DNA of 64,000 bases from Cenococcum geophilum (GCA_050273025.1 CP158635.1:15128001-15192000); one strand, 5' to 3'. Numbered from the stretch's first letter, positions 1 to 14,246 are shown. A program made the numbers and translations. Notes: a model not told the origin generated them from the sequence alone.

Positions 1-1
1 T

Positions 2-1765
2 GATTCTTCGCACGATGATGTGCCTGAGGTGGTGGTCAGGAAGGGGTGGGTCCAGTTATTTGGAGATAACGACCACCTTCTATTTGGCTCCCCTAACACA
101 AACGTCGACCTCTCTACTCTACACCCTGAACCAGTCCAGATTTTCAGGCTTTGGCAGATTTACCTGGACAACGTCAACCCGCTGCTCAAGGTCACACATA
201 CTCCCAGCCTGCAAGGACGCATCATAGAAGCTGCCAGCAACGTGACAAATATTAGCCCCACCCTAGAGGCGCTCATGTTTAGCATATATTGCATGGCCAT
301 TCTTAGTCTTGTCGTGGACGACTGCCAGGCCATTTTTGGCTCGCCAAAGGAAGATCTTTTGACGAGGTTTCAGTTCGGCTGTCAGCAAGCTCTATTGAAC
401 TGTGGGTTTTTACGGTCCAGCGATCGCGACTGCTTAACCGCATTATATCTCTATCTAGTAAGTCTGTCGGGTGGTTGTGTTTATGCTTTCTAATGATTTT
501 AGGTCTCGGTTAGACCCAGTACAGTTCCTCAATCTCTGTCCGCCATGCTTGGCGTTGCGATTCGCATTGCGCAACGTATGGGTATTCATAGCGAGTCGGC
601 CCTAGCTAAATGCACCACTCTCGAGGCCGAACTACGCCGAAGACTTTGGTGGTCACTCGTACTCTTCGACACTCGCATCAGCGAGATAGCCGACCACCAG
701 ACCGCAACGTTAGCTCCCACCTGGGACTGCAGGATTCCTCTCAACGTGAATGATTCTGACCTCCGACCAGAGATGAAGGAGCCACCAGCGGTTCAGGGGA
801 AATCCACCGATGCACTGTTTGCTGTTGTGCGCAGCGAGCTTGGGGAGTTGGTCCGCCACACGATGTTCCACCTTGACTTTACCAGTCCGGCTCTGAAGCC
901 CATTTTCAAGACTGTTCAGCACGGTCTCGTTCCAGAAATTGCTGAGCTAGCCATCCTAGAGAAGATGATTGAGGACAAATATCTCAAATTCTGTGACCCA
1001 GAGAATCCACTCCACTTCATGACGATCTGGTGGACGCGAGCATGCCTTGCTAAATGCCGCCTCCTGGAACACCATTCGAGATATTCTAGCTCATCCGTGC
1101 ATCAGACGGACGCGCAGCGCGACGCTGCCATTTCCCATGCGCTTCGCATGCTTGAGTGCGATACTAAGTTCATGACCTCACCCCTTACCAAGCGATTCCT
1201 TTGGCTGGCTCACATCCACTTCCCATTTCCCGCATACATTCAAATCGTTCAAGACCTGAAAATGCGACCTGGCAGCGAGCAAGCTGAGCAGGCTTGGGAG
1301 GTTATGAGTGACAACTACGAGGTTCGGTTCGTTTTTCTATACTACAGAGGCGAAAATCCTTTCTTCAAAATTTTCACCAAAATTGTCCTCCAGGCTTGGG
1401 AGGCTCGCGAGGCAGCTTACAGTCAATTAGGAGAGTCGTTGATGCCACCAAGGATTGTGTCATCCATCAGACACAGAGTGGCTCAAATAGCCCAAAATGC
1501 ACAAATTGCTGACACACAACAACCCAACGGTGTTATGGGCATGGGCATTGACAACTTTCCGATGTCGATGCCGATGGGCTCTGGTAGCCACGGCCTGCTG
1601 TATAACATGGGAGGGCAAGGCGAGCACGGAGTAATTGGGCCGGGAGTATACCCTAACATGCCCGGACAGGCTCCGTTAGACGTTGATGTGAATCATTTGG
1701 ACTGGGCTGCGATGGACTGGGGTTTTGGGGGTGTGGATCCGGGGGTCTGGGATGCGGAGCTTTGA
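2..1765 (+). CDS. Fungal-specific transcription factor (Fungal_trans / middle homology region of Zn2Cys6-type regulators); 5' end lies outside the window; intron 458..502
   Basis: ORFs 20..493 and 545..1765 join in frame across a 45-nt intron (GTAAGT at 458, CTAAT branch at 490, TTTAG ending at 502), giving ...LYLYL/VSVRPSTVPQSLSAMLGVAIRIAQRMGIH...ELRRRLWWSLVLFD. Typical motifs LWQIYLDNVNPLLKVTH and PLNVNDSDL are present. The frame is open to the left edge. No RIP damage. The Zn cluster itself is not in the window. Confidence 0.92.
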
Positions 1766-2062
1766 CGTTAGATACTGAGGGGAAAGGAAAGGATCCATTT
1801 GGTTGAACCTTGTTGGCCTTTCATTCCACATCAGGTCATCGAGGTCGTGAAAGTTATTCTCGTCGTGGGGGCTATATGATGTCTATGCTAAATAAATAAG
1901 ACAAGAATAATCAAATTATGGTGATCATGTGGTGAATATTCATGAAGATGCGAAGGCAAGATGATGTTCTAACTCCGTATTTTTTACTCGTACTCGTAAC
2001 CAACAAGCGAGATGACTACACAGCTTAATCTGAATCATAATGCGCACTTGCCGTCTAATCGT

Positions 2063-3573
2063 TTACTGGAATTTATATTTGAATTTACGAAGGAGTGCCT
2101 TAGTGTGAAAGATATGTGGGTTCTTAAAGTTCCATCCTTTCCTTTTAGTTTCTCCTATTTATAACGTTATAAAATAAGTACTAATGCTTACCTGCTAACT
2201 AGAAATACCTTCCCTATCCCTGAAATTATCTACAACCCGTCCCTTACCTTTAGCCCCTATGTTTTCCTTCTTAGTCTCCTTTTTACTAATTGGGCGTTTA
2301 TAGTATATAACCTTATATCTCCTAAGGAGCTAAGTAAGCTCTATATTAAGCTAGGCTATAATAAGCTACCGTTATGGCTGAATTGGAAACTAGACGATAT
2401 TCCCGTGTTCCGCCGGTTAGTAAAGACTCTAAATAGCTGGACCATTTCTCGTAACGAACCTCTTTTATATTCTACCCTTGTACCCTAGACCAAAGGGCTT
2501 AGGGAGATTATTGGCTTTGCTTAGGTCTCTTGCCTATATTTGCTTAGATATGGTGCCGGAAAGGCATTTAATAAGAATAGTAAGCTCCGTTGCGACCGGC
2601 CTTTTTATTAAAAGAACTAAAGAGAAATATAGGCAATATTAGCAAGGCTATATAAAACCTAATAATGCAGCATGCCGATATACGAACGTTCTTAAGGTAC
2701 TACCTATCGCGGCGTATTATAGCAGACACATAGGCGATTATCTAAGGCCTTTAGCCCTAAGATATATTAATGCGGGCCGCTTATACTATAAGCTGTTTAA
2801 TTAATCCTTAATAACCGCGGCGGCTTATAACAGAACAATCTTTATTAGTTAACAATTATTCTACTATCCGTTCTCTACTTAAGTAAAGAAAGTAACTTAA
2901 ATACCGTTTTAAAGGTAAAGCTATAAAATATCTAAAGTATAAGGCGCTTAATGGCGAAATTAATAGCGAAAGGTAACGTTAGTGATATACACTTCTTAAA
3001 GATATTAAGAAGACTTGGGAATAGGAGCAACTAATACGTAATATTAAACTGCAGCTTACTGGCGATTAAGTTAATATAGAGGCTGGGGTAATAATAGATC
3101 TCTATAAAGGCATGTTATTAAAATAGAAGGAATTAGTTAATGCGGTTGTTAGCCTACTAGGTACTATATTTAAAGAGGAGATTTATTAACGCGATAGGGC
3201 TAATTATATGGTTATGCAATACTATAAGGTTAAGGAAGGTAGAATATACCCTACCGCTTTTAAACTTTATAAATAATCTAGTGGTTATATAATACTAGTT
3301 AAGACAATAGATAAGGCTAAGATTAACTCTTAAGTTAAAGCCTTAGAAGTAGTTAAAGTGTTAGTATATAGTAAGAAGAGGCTAAAGATATATTTTCTTT
3401 ATCTAGGTAACGAAAACCTATTAATTAAATAGCGTATATATTTGTTTTATACCCTAGGTAATTTTAGTAAATACTTTAAGTAGAAGTACCTTGCGAATAT
3501 TAGGGAAGGGGAAAAGATCTAATACAACCTCTATTAGGTTATTTTGGCGCATAAAATGCACTTATAATAATAT
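2063..3573 (+). pseudogene. DUF3435 tyrosine recombinase (Starship captain family) with C-terminal Cys/His region; RIP-inactivated and 5'-truncated; introns 2116..2202 and 2580..2632
   Basis: Translation gives LLEFIFEFTKECLSVKD/intron/NTFPIPEIIYNPSLTFSPYVFLLSLLF...DIPVFRR...IIGFA*VSCLYLLRYGAGKAFNKN/intron/NISKAI*NLIMQHADIRTFLRYYLSRRIIADT*AII*GL...LMRAAYTISCLINP**PRRL. These match DUF3435 motifs as I know them (PEIIxDPSL, YxLRYGAGKAF, MQHAxxxTFxxHY). Both GT..AG introns keep the frame. Stops are TAA/TAG as expected from RIP. Confidence 0.85.
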
Positions 3574-3994
3574 TGTTACGGACCTTGTATTGGCAGTAGT
3601 AGAACTACTAAGGAGAGATATAAATGGACTAGTAGTAGAAGTATGGGAGGTGCTGGAACCAGTTAAACTATAGGACGAGGGGTAGCCAAGTTATATAGCT
3701 AGTTACGTTATAAGTTCGGAACGTAAAAACGTAGGAACGTAGAAACGTAATATACTAACATACTAACGTACCAACGTACTTAATACATTTCTTAGGCGTA
3801 GTATTGTATATTTAAAGGACTACAGTCCCTACTTAAATAGTTCTCTTCTTTATAGTAAATCTTAGAATATAATTAGAGTTAATCTATTAGGTAACCACTC
3901 CATAAGTTATTATTATATTATTAACTTCTTATTTACCTATATACCTAGCCTATTAATAAATCTACCGTAGTTTCTACTATAAGGCTTTATTATA
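3574..3994 (+). repeat. 5' LTR of Gypsy-1 (421 bp)
   Basis: Direct repeat of 18628..19046; differences are mostly C/T and G/A transitions. Confidence 0.95.
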
Positions 3995-6900
3995 TATTTA
4001 CTACTATAGTTATAGTATTAATAAAGTTAAATAATATGCTACTAAAAGTAGTAGTTATAATAGCGTTAACGGCAGCAACTATTAGGATTAAGTAATAATA
4101 CTAGTATAGCAAATACTAACTCTTAGCTAGTTACGGTTGGACAACTATAGGAAATAGTTAATTAATTAATAAATAATAATAGGATACTTAAAGAAAGAAT
4201 TAATAGAATTAGAGTAGTAAAGGTTAAGCTACTATCTATTAAGCAATTCTTAGGGAAGAAGTTAAAGCTTAAGGGATTTCTTACATAAATGCACTTTAAG
4301 GTTACGTAAGAAGGAGTAAAGCTAGTAACGCCTATAGATTAAGTCGTATATATAGAATTGTTTCTAATAAAAAGGGCACTTAAGTAGTTTAAGCCTTATT
4401 TAACAGAGGTATAGGAAAACGGTATAGTAACTATTAATTAGGAGGTATAGTATATATTTACTAGTTAGAACGGGTTTGCGGAATACTTAATATAAATATA
4501 TAAAGACTTAGAGGTAACTACTATAGTAAAAAGAAAGCTTTAAAACCTAGTATAAAGAACTTTAGTAATTAAGTATATAATATAGTTTTAAATATTAGTA
4601 ATATAAGTTAAATAGAATAATAAGGCGCTTATAGTATGGTATAAATAGGGACTTAAGGCAAAAGTTTAAAATATAATTATCCTAATAGAGGATACGGATA
4701 CCCTTAAAGAGTTAATTAACTAAGTAATTAAGATTAATAATAGGATCTACTAGAGGGAATAGACTAAGAAGGGTTAGAATAAAGTTTTATAGTTATATAA
4801 GGCGTAAAGCACGTATTAACTAAGTTAGAAACTATAGTATAGTATAAAGCTAATAGACCTAAGCGGTACTAAAAAGGGCTATAAGAGATGGACTAAGCAA
4901 CTATAAAAATCTAGAGGATAAAAATTAAGTAATTAAAGGTCTAAGGAGCAGAGGCTAAATAAGGGATTTTAGTAGTAGAAGATATTTAGGCGGACTTTAT
5001 AATAAGAAAAATAGTTTAAAAATGAAGCTTATTTAAATTATAGGAAATAGGGTTATTTTACTAGAAATTATAAAGATAGTTAAAGTAATTATATGGTAAA
5101 GGAAACTAGACTAGTAAAAGAGATATATATATATATATAAAGGGATAATAGTATACTATAAGGAATAAAAGAGTATTTAATTAAGGGTATTACGTTTTAT
5201 AATAATAACATATACTAAATTTATAAAGATACTAAGTATGACGTAAGCTATTAGCTATAGGAGCTAAAATTATTAAAGTTTAAAGGAACTAATAAACTAT
5301 CTTATAGATTAGATATTAAGGATAATAAATTTTAATATAGGTAAAGTATTTAGCGATAATAAGGCAATAAAGGCAGCTTACTAAAAATGTATAGACCTTA
5401 GAATAGTTATATTAGAAGTAAAGACTAAAACCTTTATAGAATAAGGATTAGTAATAGAAATTATAACACTATTAGATACGGTATTTATCGCTTTATAAGA
5501 CGGAAGGAGAAATATCTAATAGAAAGGATTAAGTAAGTAAACAACTACTAGTGCTAGCTTACCACTTAATAGAGGCAAAAGGCTATAGGATTAAGACTCT
5601 TAAAATAAAATAAGACTAGCTTAAGGACCTATAATAGACAACAACCAATAGAGCAGAGTAGTAGCTTAGTTTAAAGATATATAAATAAGCTTAGGGTAGA
5701 GTTTCCTAAAGGTATAAGATTCTTAAAGTAAGATAAGTAAGATTTAAGACTTTTAAAATAAGATAAAAATACTATAGAAGCCTAGTTAGACTAAGGCTAG
5801 AGTACAGCTTAAGAAAGAAGTAAGCTTAGGACTAAGATTTTAGCAATAGAATAAGGACTATTAAAGAAATTGTAAGTAAGGCTTAGTAATAGGATTAAAA
5901 AGTTAATACTATAGTTAGAAAGTAAGAAGACTTTAAGGATCTACTTATAAGGTAAGTAAATAAAGAAACTATAGAAGAATTTAGATAGAGAATTATTATA
6001 TAGTAAGAATAGAAACTAGATAAGAAATCTAGTATACTAGGTTGTATAAGGAATAGAGCACCTATATAAAGAATTACTAATAGGCTAAAGGTAGAAACGC
6101 TAAAAGCAAAATAGCTAGACGAACTAGAATAGGAAGAAGACTTAGGAATTTTAATTAGATTTAAAGAATAATATATAAAGGGCTGTTATAATATAGTAAT
6201 AAGAAGATACTTCCTTATAGATAGATTGTATATACTTAGGGAGCTATACTAAAGGTAGTATAGGCAGCAATATAATAATAAGTAGGAAGATTTCTATATA
6301 TAGCTAGATAAATAGGTTATTTAGAACCACCTAATTATAGAGAAGGCTATAACTTATATTAAGGGAGCCTTAATTATAATATTAAAAGATCTAAAGGAAT
6401 AATTAGAGGACTAATGAAGTAAAAGATATATCTTAGTACCTGCGAATAAAGTTATAACGTTTAGATTAGATAGATAGAGGTTTAGACTTAAGGATAAAGA
6501 TAAGCTTAGAGTTAACCTAAAGCACCTAGTGTATTATATATTGGCGTAGATTATATATATAGTATATATAAAAATCCAAAAGAAAAGAATTGGAAATACC
6601 CTATAAGAATATATTAGGCGCTAAAAGAGTAGTAATACTAGAATGCTAAGTATATATATAAATAGCATTTAACAGAGGTCTAGGAGTTAGGAGGTTTAAT
6701 ATTTTAACTAAAAAAATTCCTTACGAAGAATGCTTAAATAGATAATAGTAGTAGGAATACCTAAAGAATATATATCTATAGTATATTAAGGATAAAAAGC
6801 GAACTAGGTATTGGCTAAAAAAGAAGCTAAGTATAATAGGATTAAGTAGCTAATAGTTGGGAAAAGTAAAGGCCTATAAAACTAAAGAAAGCTAGTAGTA

Positions 6901-8688
6901 AAGCCTTAAACCCTTAAAAGAATTTAAGGACAATACCTAAATTTATAAGTTAATTAGCAAGATTAGCAGTTTAAAGCACTAATAAATAGTAAAGTAATAA
7001 GAAACTATATCTTACTAGTAGTAGTAAAATAAATAGGACTACCTTATAGATAAAGGAGTATCTATATCTATTAGTTACAATTTTAGAAGATATAATAGCC
7101 TATAGAGGAGGCATTATTAACCTTAAAACAGGACCTATTTAGATAACTATTAAAGGGAGATAAATTAAGATATCTTTTAATATCCTACTATTAGGACAGG
7201 ATAAGGCAGTATAAAAAATACCTTAGTTATAGTAATATAATCTAAAGGTTAATTAGGTTATAGGTTAGGTTAATATTAGAGATATATAACAATATAAGAG
7301 GCGTATAGTAACTAAGTTAGTATAGTATTAAGTTAGAGCGATATATAAGGAAACTAAGAAAGGGTTATTCTATATACTAAGGAGATACTATAAATATAGT
7401 AAAAGCTATAGAGCCTAAAAAGCTGTTAAAGTATATAGTATAGAACTATAAGATAGAATTAGAACTAGAAATAAGCCTAAAGTTCTTTCCAATCTATAAG
7501 CTTACTAAAGAAGAGTTAAGAGCACTTAAAGAGTTTATCTAAGAAAACTTATAAAAGGGATATATTAGACTATTGTAGTTATTAGTAGGATATCTAGTAC
7601 TATTCGTACTAAAGAAGAATAGAAAACTTAAGCTATATATTAACTATAGATAGTTAAATAGTATTATTAGGAAGGATAGGTATTCTTTACCCTTAATTAG
7701 TAAAATCTAGAATTAGATAGGTAATGCGTAAATTTTCATAAAGATAGATCTAAGATAGGCGTACTATTAGATTAAAATTAAGGAAGGTAATAAATAAAAG
7801 ATAGCCTTTAGGTGAAAGGAAGGACTATATAAACTATTAGTTATATAATTTAAACTTATAAACGCATTAGTAATATTCTAAAAGAGGATTAATAGCGTAT
7901 TAGAAGAACACCTTAATAACATTATTATCTACTTAATAACTAAGGAAGAATATGAAGAATACGTTAAATCGGGTTTAAAGAGACTATAAGAAAAATAGAT
8001 GCTAGTAGTAATTAAAAAATGCAAGTTCTTTACTAGGAAGACCAATTTTATTAAATTTATTATTAGGCTAGGTTATATTAGTATAGACCTAAAGAAAGTA
8101 GAAGGTATAGTAAGTTAGCAAGAACTAGAAAACGTAACGTAGTTAAGGTTATTTTTAGGGGTTTATAAATACTATAGGAGGTTTATAGTATAATAGTTAA
8201 AGAATATTAAACCCTTTATAAGGCTTATAAAGAAGAAGGAACTATAAGTTTAGGGAAATAAATAGAAAAAATTATTTAAGGAACTTAAGGAGTTATTTAC
8301 CTAGGAACTAATTTTTAAAACCTATTAACCAGGATTAGGGATAGTTATAAAAATTAATATATTAGACTTTATACTAGGAGTATATTTACTATAGAAGTAT
8401 AAAAATGCATAGTATTTAGTAGCATACTATTGTTAGAAGATAATACTATTAGAGTTAAACTATAATATCTATAATAAGGAGCTATTAGATATAGTTATAA
8501 TACTTAAATAATAGAGAGTATTCTTATAAGGTATAGATAAACTATTTATAATTAGGATAGAATATAAAAACCTAATAGGGTTTTTAATAACAAAAGAACT
8601 TAACTAGAGATAGGTTAGATAGGTAGAGATACTTATAGAATACCATTTTAAGATTTAGTATACTAAAGGTACTAAGAATATAAAGGTA

Positions 8689-8993
8689 TATAACGGGACT
8701 AGCCCAGTTACAATAGGAATGTCTTAGTGAAACACTCGATAGATAAATTCTAACGCTTTAACCGAATTCTGCCAGATTAATTAAATTTTACTAAAGTCCG
8801 TTAAAGACCGCGTGCGTATATGCGCACGTATTGACCACTAAGCCCCTAACTATTTAATTATATAATTCCCTTATTATTCCCTTCTCTTCTTTACGCAACG
8901 TCCTCTTCTTAGCGAGAGCTATATACCCTTAGATTTAGATAGAATTTATATCGTTCCTTTAAATATTCCCTAAAGTCTCTTCGCGCCCTTATA
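8689..8993. mobile_element. Solo LTR (305 bp, different family) inserted in the Gypsy-1 RNase H region
   Basis: Termini TATAACGGG...CCCTTATA (RIP forms of TGTAACGGG...CCCTTACA). 5-bp TSD AGGTA at 8684..8688 and 8994..8998. Removal restores KGTKNIKVDVLSRK, the KGxxNxxADALSR motif. Confidence 0.85.
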
Positions 8994-11900
8994 AGGTAGA
9001 CGTATTAAGTAGAAAAGCTAAACTATAAAATAATAAGAAGCTATTAGGGGTAATACTACGCAAAGATAGTAATAGATTAATTAAGTATAATTATTCTAAG
9101 ATTATAGTAACCTAGAAATATAAGTTACCGGAAAGTAATTAGATAAGGAGAATTTAAGAGGCGTAATTTAAGAATTTAGAAATAGACTAGTATAAGTAGA
9201 GAATAAATATATATATCCTAAGGGGAATAGTAGAGGAGTTTATTAAAGATTTTTATAGGGGAATAATATAAGGACATAATAGAATAATAGGCTTAGTATT
9301 AAGACTCTAAGAGGAGTATATTATTTATAGAATCTAAGGCTTAGTAAGAAAAGTTATAAAGAAGTATCTAGATTGCTAAAGAAATAAGCTAATAAGGTAT
9401 AAGCTACATAGAGGACTATAGCCTATTAAGATACTAGAAAGACTATAGGAAGTTATATTATAGAACTTTATTATAAAGTTACTAAAGTTAAGAGATTCTA
9501 TTATTAGATAGGAGTATAATATAATCTTTATAATAGTAAACAAGTTAACTAAATAGGGCTACTTTATAGTATATATAGAAAAAATCTTAGCGGAAGATGT
9601 TGCTAGAATTTATATTAATAATAATAATTTATTACTTAACGTCTAATTCAGATCCCTATTAGGCCCACGCGGACTACTCCTTATATATATATAGGGAGAA
9701 AACTCTATTTAAGAAAACCCCGTAATCTATCTTCCTGCCTTTTAGGACTCGCCTATAAGGCGCCTATAAGTTACCTATAGTGCTTTTACTACCTTACTTT
9801 TTAGCCTTTTTAGGAACCACTGCTGCCGTAATAAGCCTACGGACGCGCTAGTATTATAAACTTTACTCTACTACTATAGAGTTATTAGGGGGCGCCCGTT
9901 ACTTACCCTCCTACCCTTTATTACTATTTCCCTTATAACCCGGAACTGGTTTAGTATATTTTAGCTAATAAGCTACTAGGTAACCGCCTTAAGACCTTTT
10001 TATATTAAGAGTAGTGTATTATAGTTCTCTGTGCTAGCTACTAAAAGTATTACTTCTTAGTTAGTACGTAAGGGGCATAATAGTATTATATATTTTAGTG
10101 TCTGTTTTAGCTAGCTATATTTATATCTTAGGCTACCTACTAGGATACCTACCCGGTAAAGCCAGTCTTTTAGTCCTATTATTCCTGTTCTTAAAAGTGT
10201 CGCTATTATATTTTCTGCCTTTATTAGGCCTTCTTAGAGCCCTAAAGTGTTTACCCCCTATAGCGTTAACTATGCTACGGCTTAGGTTCCTCTTACCTTA
10301 GTTAGCCTCTATACCTTTAACTCCTATATACCTCTTTAGTGTTAGTCTAACCAATATTATATTACGGTAGATAAGTTTCCTAGCATTCTTTTATACTCTA
10401 CTTTAGCTCCTTTCTCTTACTTATTATTATCTTTACTAGCCTTTTACGCCTTTCCCTTCCTCCTCTATATGGGCCTAGGCCCTAAAGCAGCACTATTTTT
10501 CTTCTGTTTTCTTTACCTATTTCTTTAATATATCTTCCCTACTTTAGGGTTATTAGTTTATTCTCCTATAGGGCGCCTTAGAGTCCCTCTATAGTTTATT
10601 TAGGCGTATCTTAATATACTTTATAATATTAGAGTTGCGTTTATTTTAGGCCCTTTATATTATAGCGGCTTTAATATATAGTTATAGGGGGGGAATATTG
10701 GCTTCCTTCTTAAGTAGTGCTGTAGCCGTTTGCTTATATCCGCCTACCATACTCTAAAGGTAGGCTATTTAGACCTTTTAGAGTGGTTTAAGGAGTGACT
10801 TAAGGGGGCCTTTCTTAGATTCTCTAATGGCCCAAATACTGGACTTATACGTTATGGTTGGCTAGATAACTACTATATATAGTAGGCGTAACCTCTAAAA
10901 GCATAGGCCCTATATAGAATTAACAATCCTAGATAATGCGATATACTATACTTAGCCCTTATAGGCCGCTTACGCCGCATATACGCTCCACCGGAGCTTA
11001 CTATCTACCTATACTCCTAATACCCGTAGGCCCTAAACTAGTTAACCCCTAAAGCCTTAAATGCGGATTATATGCTAGAGATCTACAAATTAATTACGTT
11101 TTCTTATAAAATGGATTAGCTGGTATTTCTCTAGTAAGAATTAGACTCTATATTGTCTTGCTTATTTTATATAGGTATTATAAGCTTTCTCTAGTATTTT
11201 GCAATTCTCTACAGCTAATGGCCTATATATAATTAGGTTTATATTATTAATAAAGCCTATCCCCTAGGTTGCCCCTTCCTTAAAGGAGTTAAGTAGGTTG
11301 CTTATAAAGAAAAGGAAGAGTATAGGCAAGAGGGGTAATCCTTATGGTATTTCTGTTGTAACTGTAATAGGGGGGCTCTAGTATCTACTAAAGACTAGTA
11401 ATGTTTCTTTCTAACCTATAAACCCTTAGATAAATTATATAATCCACTTTAGAAAGCCTTTTGCCCTAAAGATATATAGGAGACGCTTATAGGGTACGTT
11501 ATTATAGGCGCTACTAATATCTAGGCTAAGCATTAATACTATAAAGTCCCTTCGCATCGCCTATGTAGATTTAATAGTAGTAGCGAGTAGTGTAAGTGCT
11601 AATAGTGTTAAGCGGTTCTTTCTTACCCCTATTTAGCTCTATAGTAGTAGGGCGTGTTCCTTAGCCATATCTGCTATGCGGTCCGCTATTACCTTTTTTA
11701 GGATCTTACTAAGGGTATTTTTTAAGGTAATAGGGCGGTAGCTTCCTAGGATTAAGTAATTTGCTTTACCTTCTTTTTATAGGATAACCGTCGTTATGGA
11801 TCTTCTAAGTTGTGGGTAGTAGCCTATAGTAAAGCATACTCTAGCTATATTTATAAGCTAGGGTGCTATAAGTGGTCTATAGGTCTTTAAGGCCTTATTT

Positions 11901-14246
11901 AGAATCCTATCTAGACCTAGTACTATATTATTTAAAAGGCGGCTAATAGTTCTAGCTATTTCCTCTATTATTATATCTCTGTTAACCCATAGGTAAGTTA
12001 CCAGTACTTTACCTATAATATTACTAAGGTCTACTAAAGCCGGTTAGGGGAAGAACCTTTCTATAAGGATCCTTACCTTCTTATTATTATTATTAGTGGC
12101 CTATAATTCCCCTACTCTTTATAGGGGTAGTAGGTATAAGTCTTTTGCTAGTTACCCTGCCTTTTTCTTTGCCTATTTTGCTATAGCCCACAGGCCTTTA
12201 TTATAGGGGAGGCTTAGGTTAAAAGTATGCTTATTTATAAATCGTCTCCAGTTATTTCTTGCTTCCTTTTTTAGGGTATTCTTTAATTAGTTTTTTGTGT
12301 CTTTATATCGTCTCTTATCTTTAAGGTTGTAGCTGCTTAAGTATTTCCTTTTTACTTGTTATTGGCTAGCTATAAGAACCGCGTATTATACGGACTATGC
12401 GTATTACATATAAAGGCCCAGTTTAAGACCAGGTAGTGCTCTTTTAGCCTATTTTTAATTGCTACCTAGATCCTTTCTAGTCTTCGGTTAATTTCCTTAG
12501 GGGTGGTTAATAAGCCTTGCTTATTTAGTATTAGGTGGATTTCTTCTAGGTCTTAAAGTTATTATTTAACTATATTAAGGAAACTGTCTGCCTTAAGCAT
12601 CCTTATTACGTATCTTTTGCTATTTAGTTACGCCTTAATATCTAAATCTAGCTGTATCTGGATGGGGATATAGTCTAAGGTAAGTGCCTATTCTTCCTTA
12701 GGGTTATACCTTTTAAGTCTCTAGTATAGGCCTTCGTCTATAAATATAAGGTTAATTATACTTTTAGTAGGTCCTTATTGCCATATAATTACTCTAAGGG
12801 GGGTGGCTAGCTTAAGGCCCCAGGTATCTATAGCTTTTAGTAAGCACTTTACCTATTGTTTAGCAGCGACGTAAATACCCCCCTACCGCGGGTGGTAGAG
12901 GTTTATGTCTCCTAATAGGATAGACTCTATACCTTTGGTTTTAAGTAAGCTTATTACTAATATAATATTCTCTATTTATGGGAACCCTTTAACCCTAGGG
13001 TTATATACATTAATAATTTATACCGGTCCTCTATATGTCTAGATTATTATAACTATAATATCTAGATTAACTGCCTACTATAACTATAAGGATAGGCTAA
13101 TAGTCTTACTAATTATAAAGCATACGCGTATAGCTGCTTTTAGTTTGTATAGGAGCTGGAATCCTTAAGGGTAGTATATCGATTATATATAGGTATTATA
13201 GTATGGCTCTTATATAGCAAGGATATAGTATATCTTTAGGTCTAGACTGTCTAGTAAGGGCCTTATAAGACGGTGGTTTGTGTTGCTATAGTTATACTAT
13301 ATAATGGATAGGTAGCGGACCCCTAGTAAGGGTTCTTCGCCTTTCTATTATTTCTTGCTTTTTCTATTTCCACTTTCTCTAGGATATTTAAAACTTCTAT
13401 CTCTTATATCTGCACCCTAGTTACTACTTATATATAGAGCTTTTTATTCCCGTGTCTTATGTTTCTACTAGCGCTTCTATATCTAAATTTGTTATTATCT
13501 CTAGTTCTTCCCCTATTCTTACTGGTTAGCTATATACCCTTTAAGAGTTGGCTACAAATTTTATATTTACCGCGTTAAGTTTAATTCTTAACTGTCCCGG
13601 TTTTAAGCTTACTATAGCTGTCTATAAGGGTCTTCCTACAGGGCGTTCTCTCCCTTATATCCCCTGTGACCCTTATATCCCTATACGGTCTAGTAATATT
13701 ACATAGCGTTACTTCTAGCCCGTTAAGGCTTAGGATAGCTAGCCTAGCCCCCTAGTATTAAAGGTAGGAAATGCTAGAAAGGCACCTGCGCCCCCCTAGC
13801 TTATTACCTATTATTTCCATTTATATAACCTAGCATACAGTTATTCCCGTAGCTGTTAAGCCCTTACCTTTTATCTCCTATATTTAATGCAGTCTTCTCT
13901 CTTCTACGCCTTATATATACTTTAGTGGCAGTTTATATATTTTATTTAGTCTTAATTTAAGCAGTGTCTTATATTGTAGGGGCCTATATAGTGGCCGTAG
14001 CATACCTATACTACACATGTGGATTAGGTATGCCCCTATTATATATAGCGATAACATTATTCTAGGTGGAGTCTATAGTTATAGAGCCTTGCGTTATATA
14101 TAAGGCCATTTATAATAATACCTTTTTAAATAAGAAGTTTTTATATTCCTAGTATATATATGCTAACAATAAGGGAGCTATGCGTTTAACTAGCGTTTCC
14201 CTAGCAAGTCTCTAGCAACCCTTATATTCTTTTATTATTCTTATTA

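Noticed and set aside
15..922. ORFs 15..227 (+) and 710..922 (-)
   Set aside because: Alternative-frame or antisense shadows of the transcription factor CDS.
2..1765. Assigning a gene name such as bik5 or aurR2 to the transcription factor
   Set aside because: It resembles that group of cluster regulators, but orthology cannot be established by eye and no biosynthetic genes are in the window.
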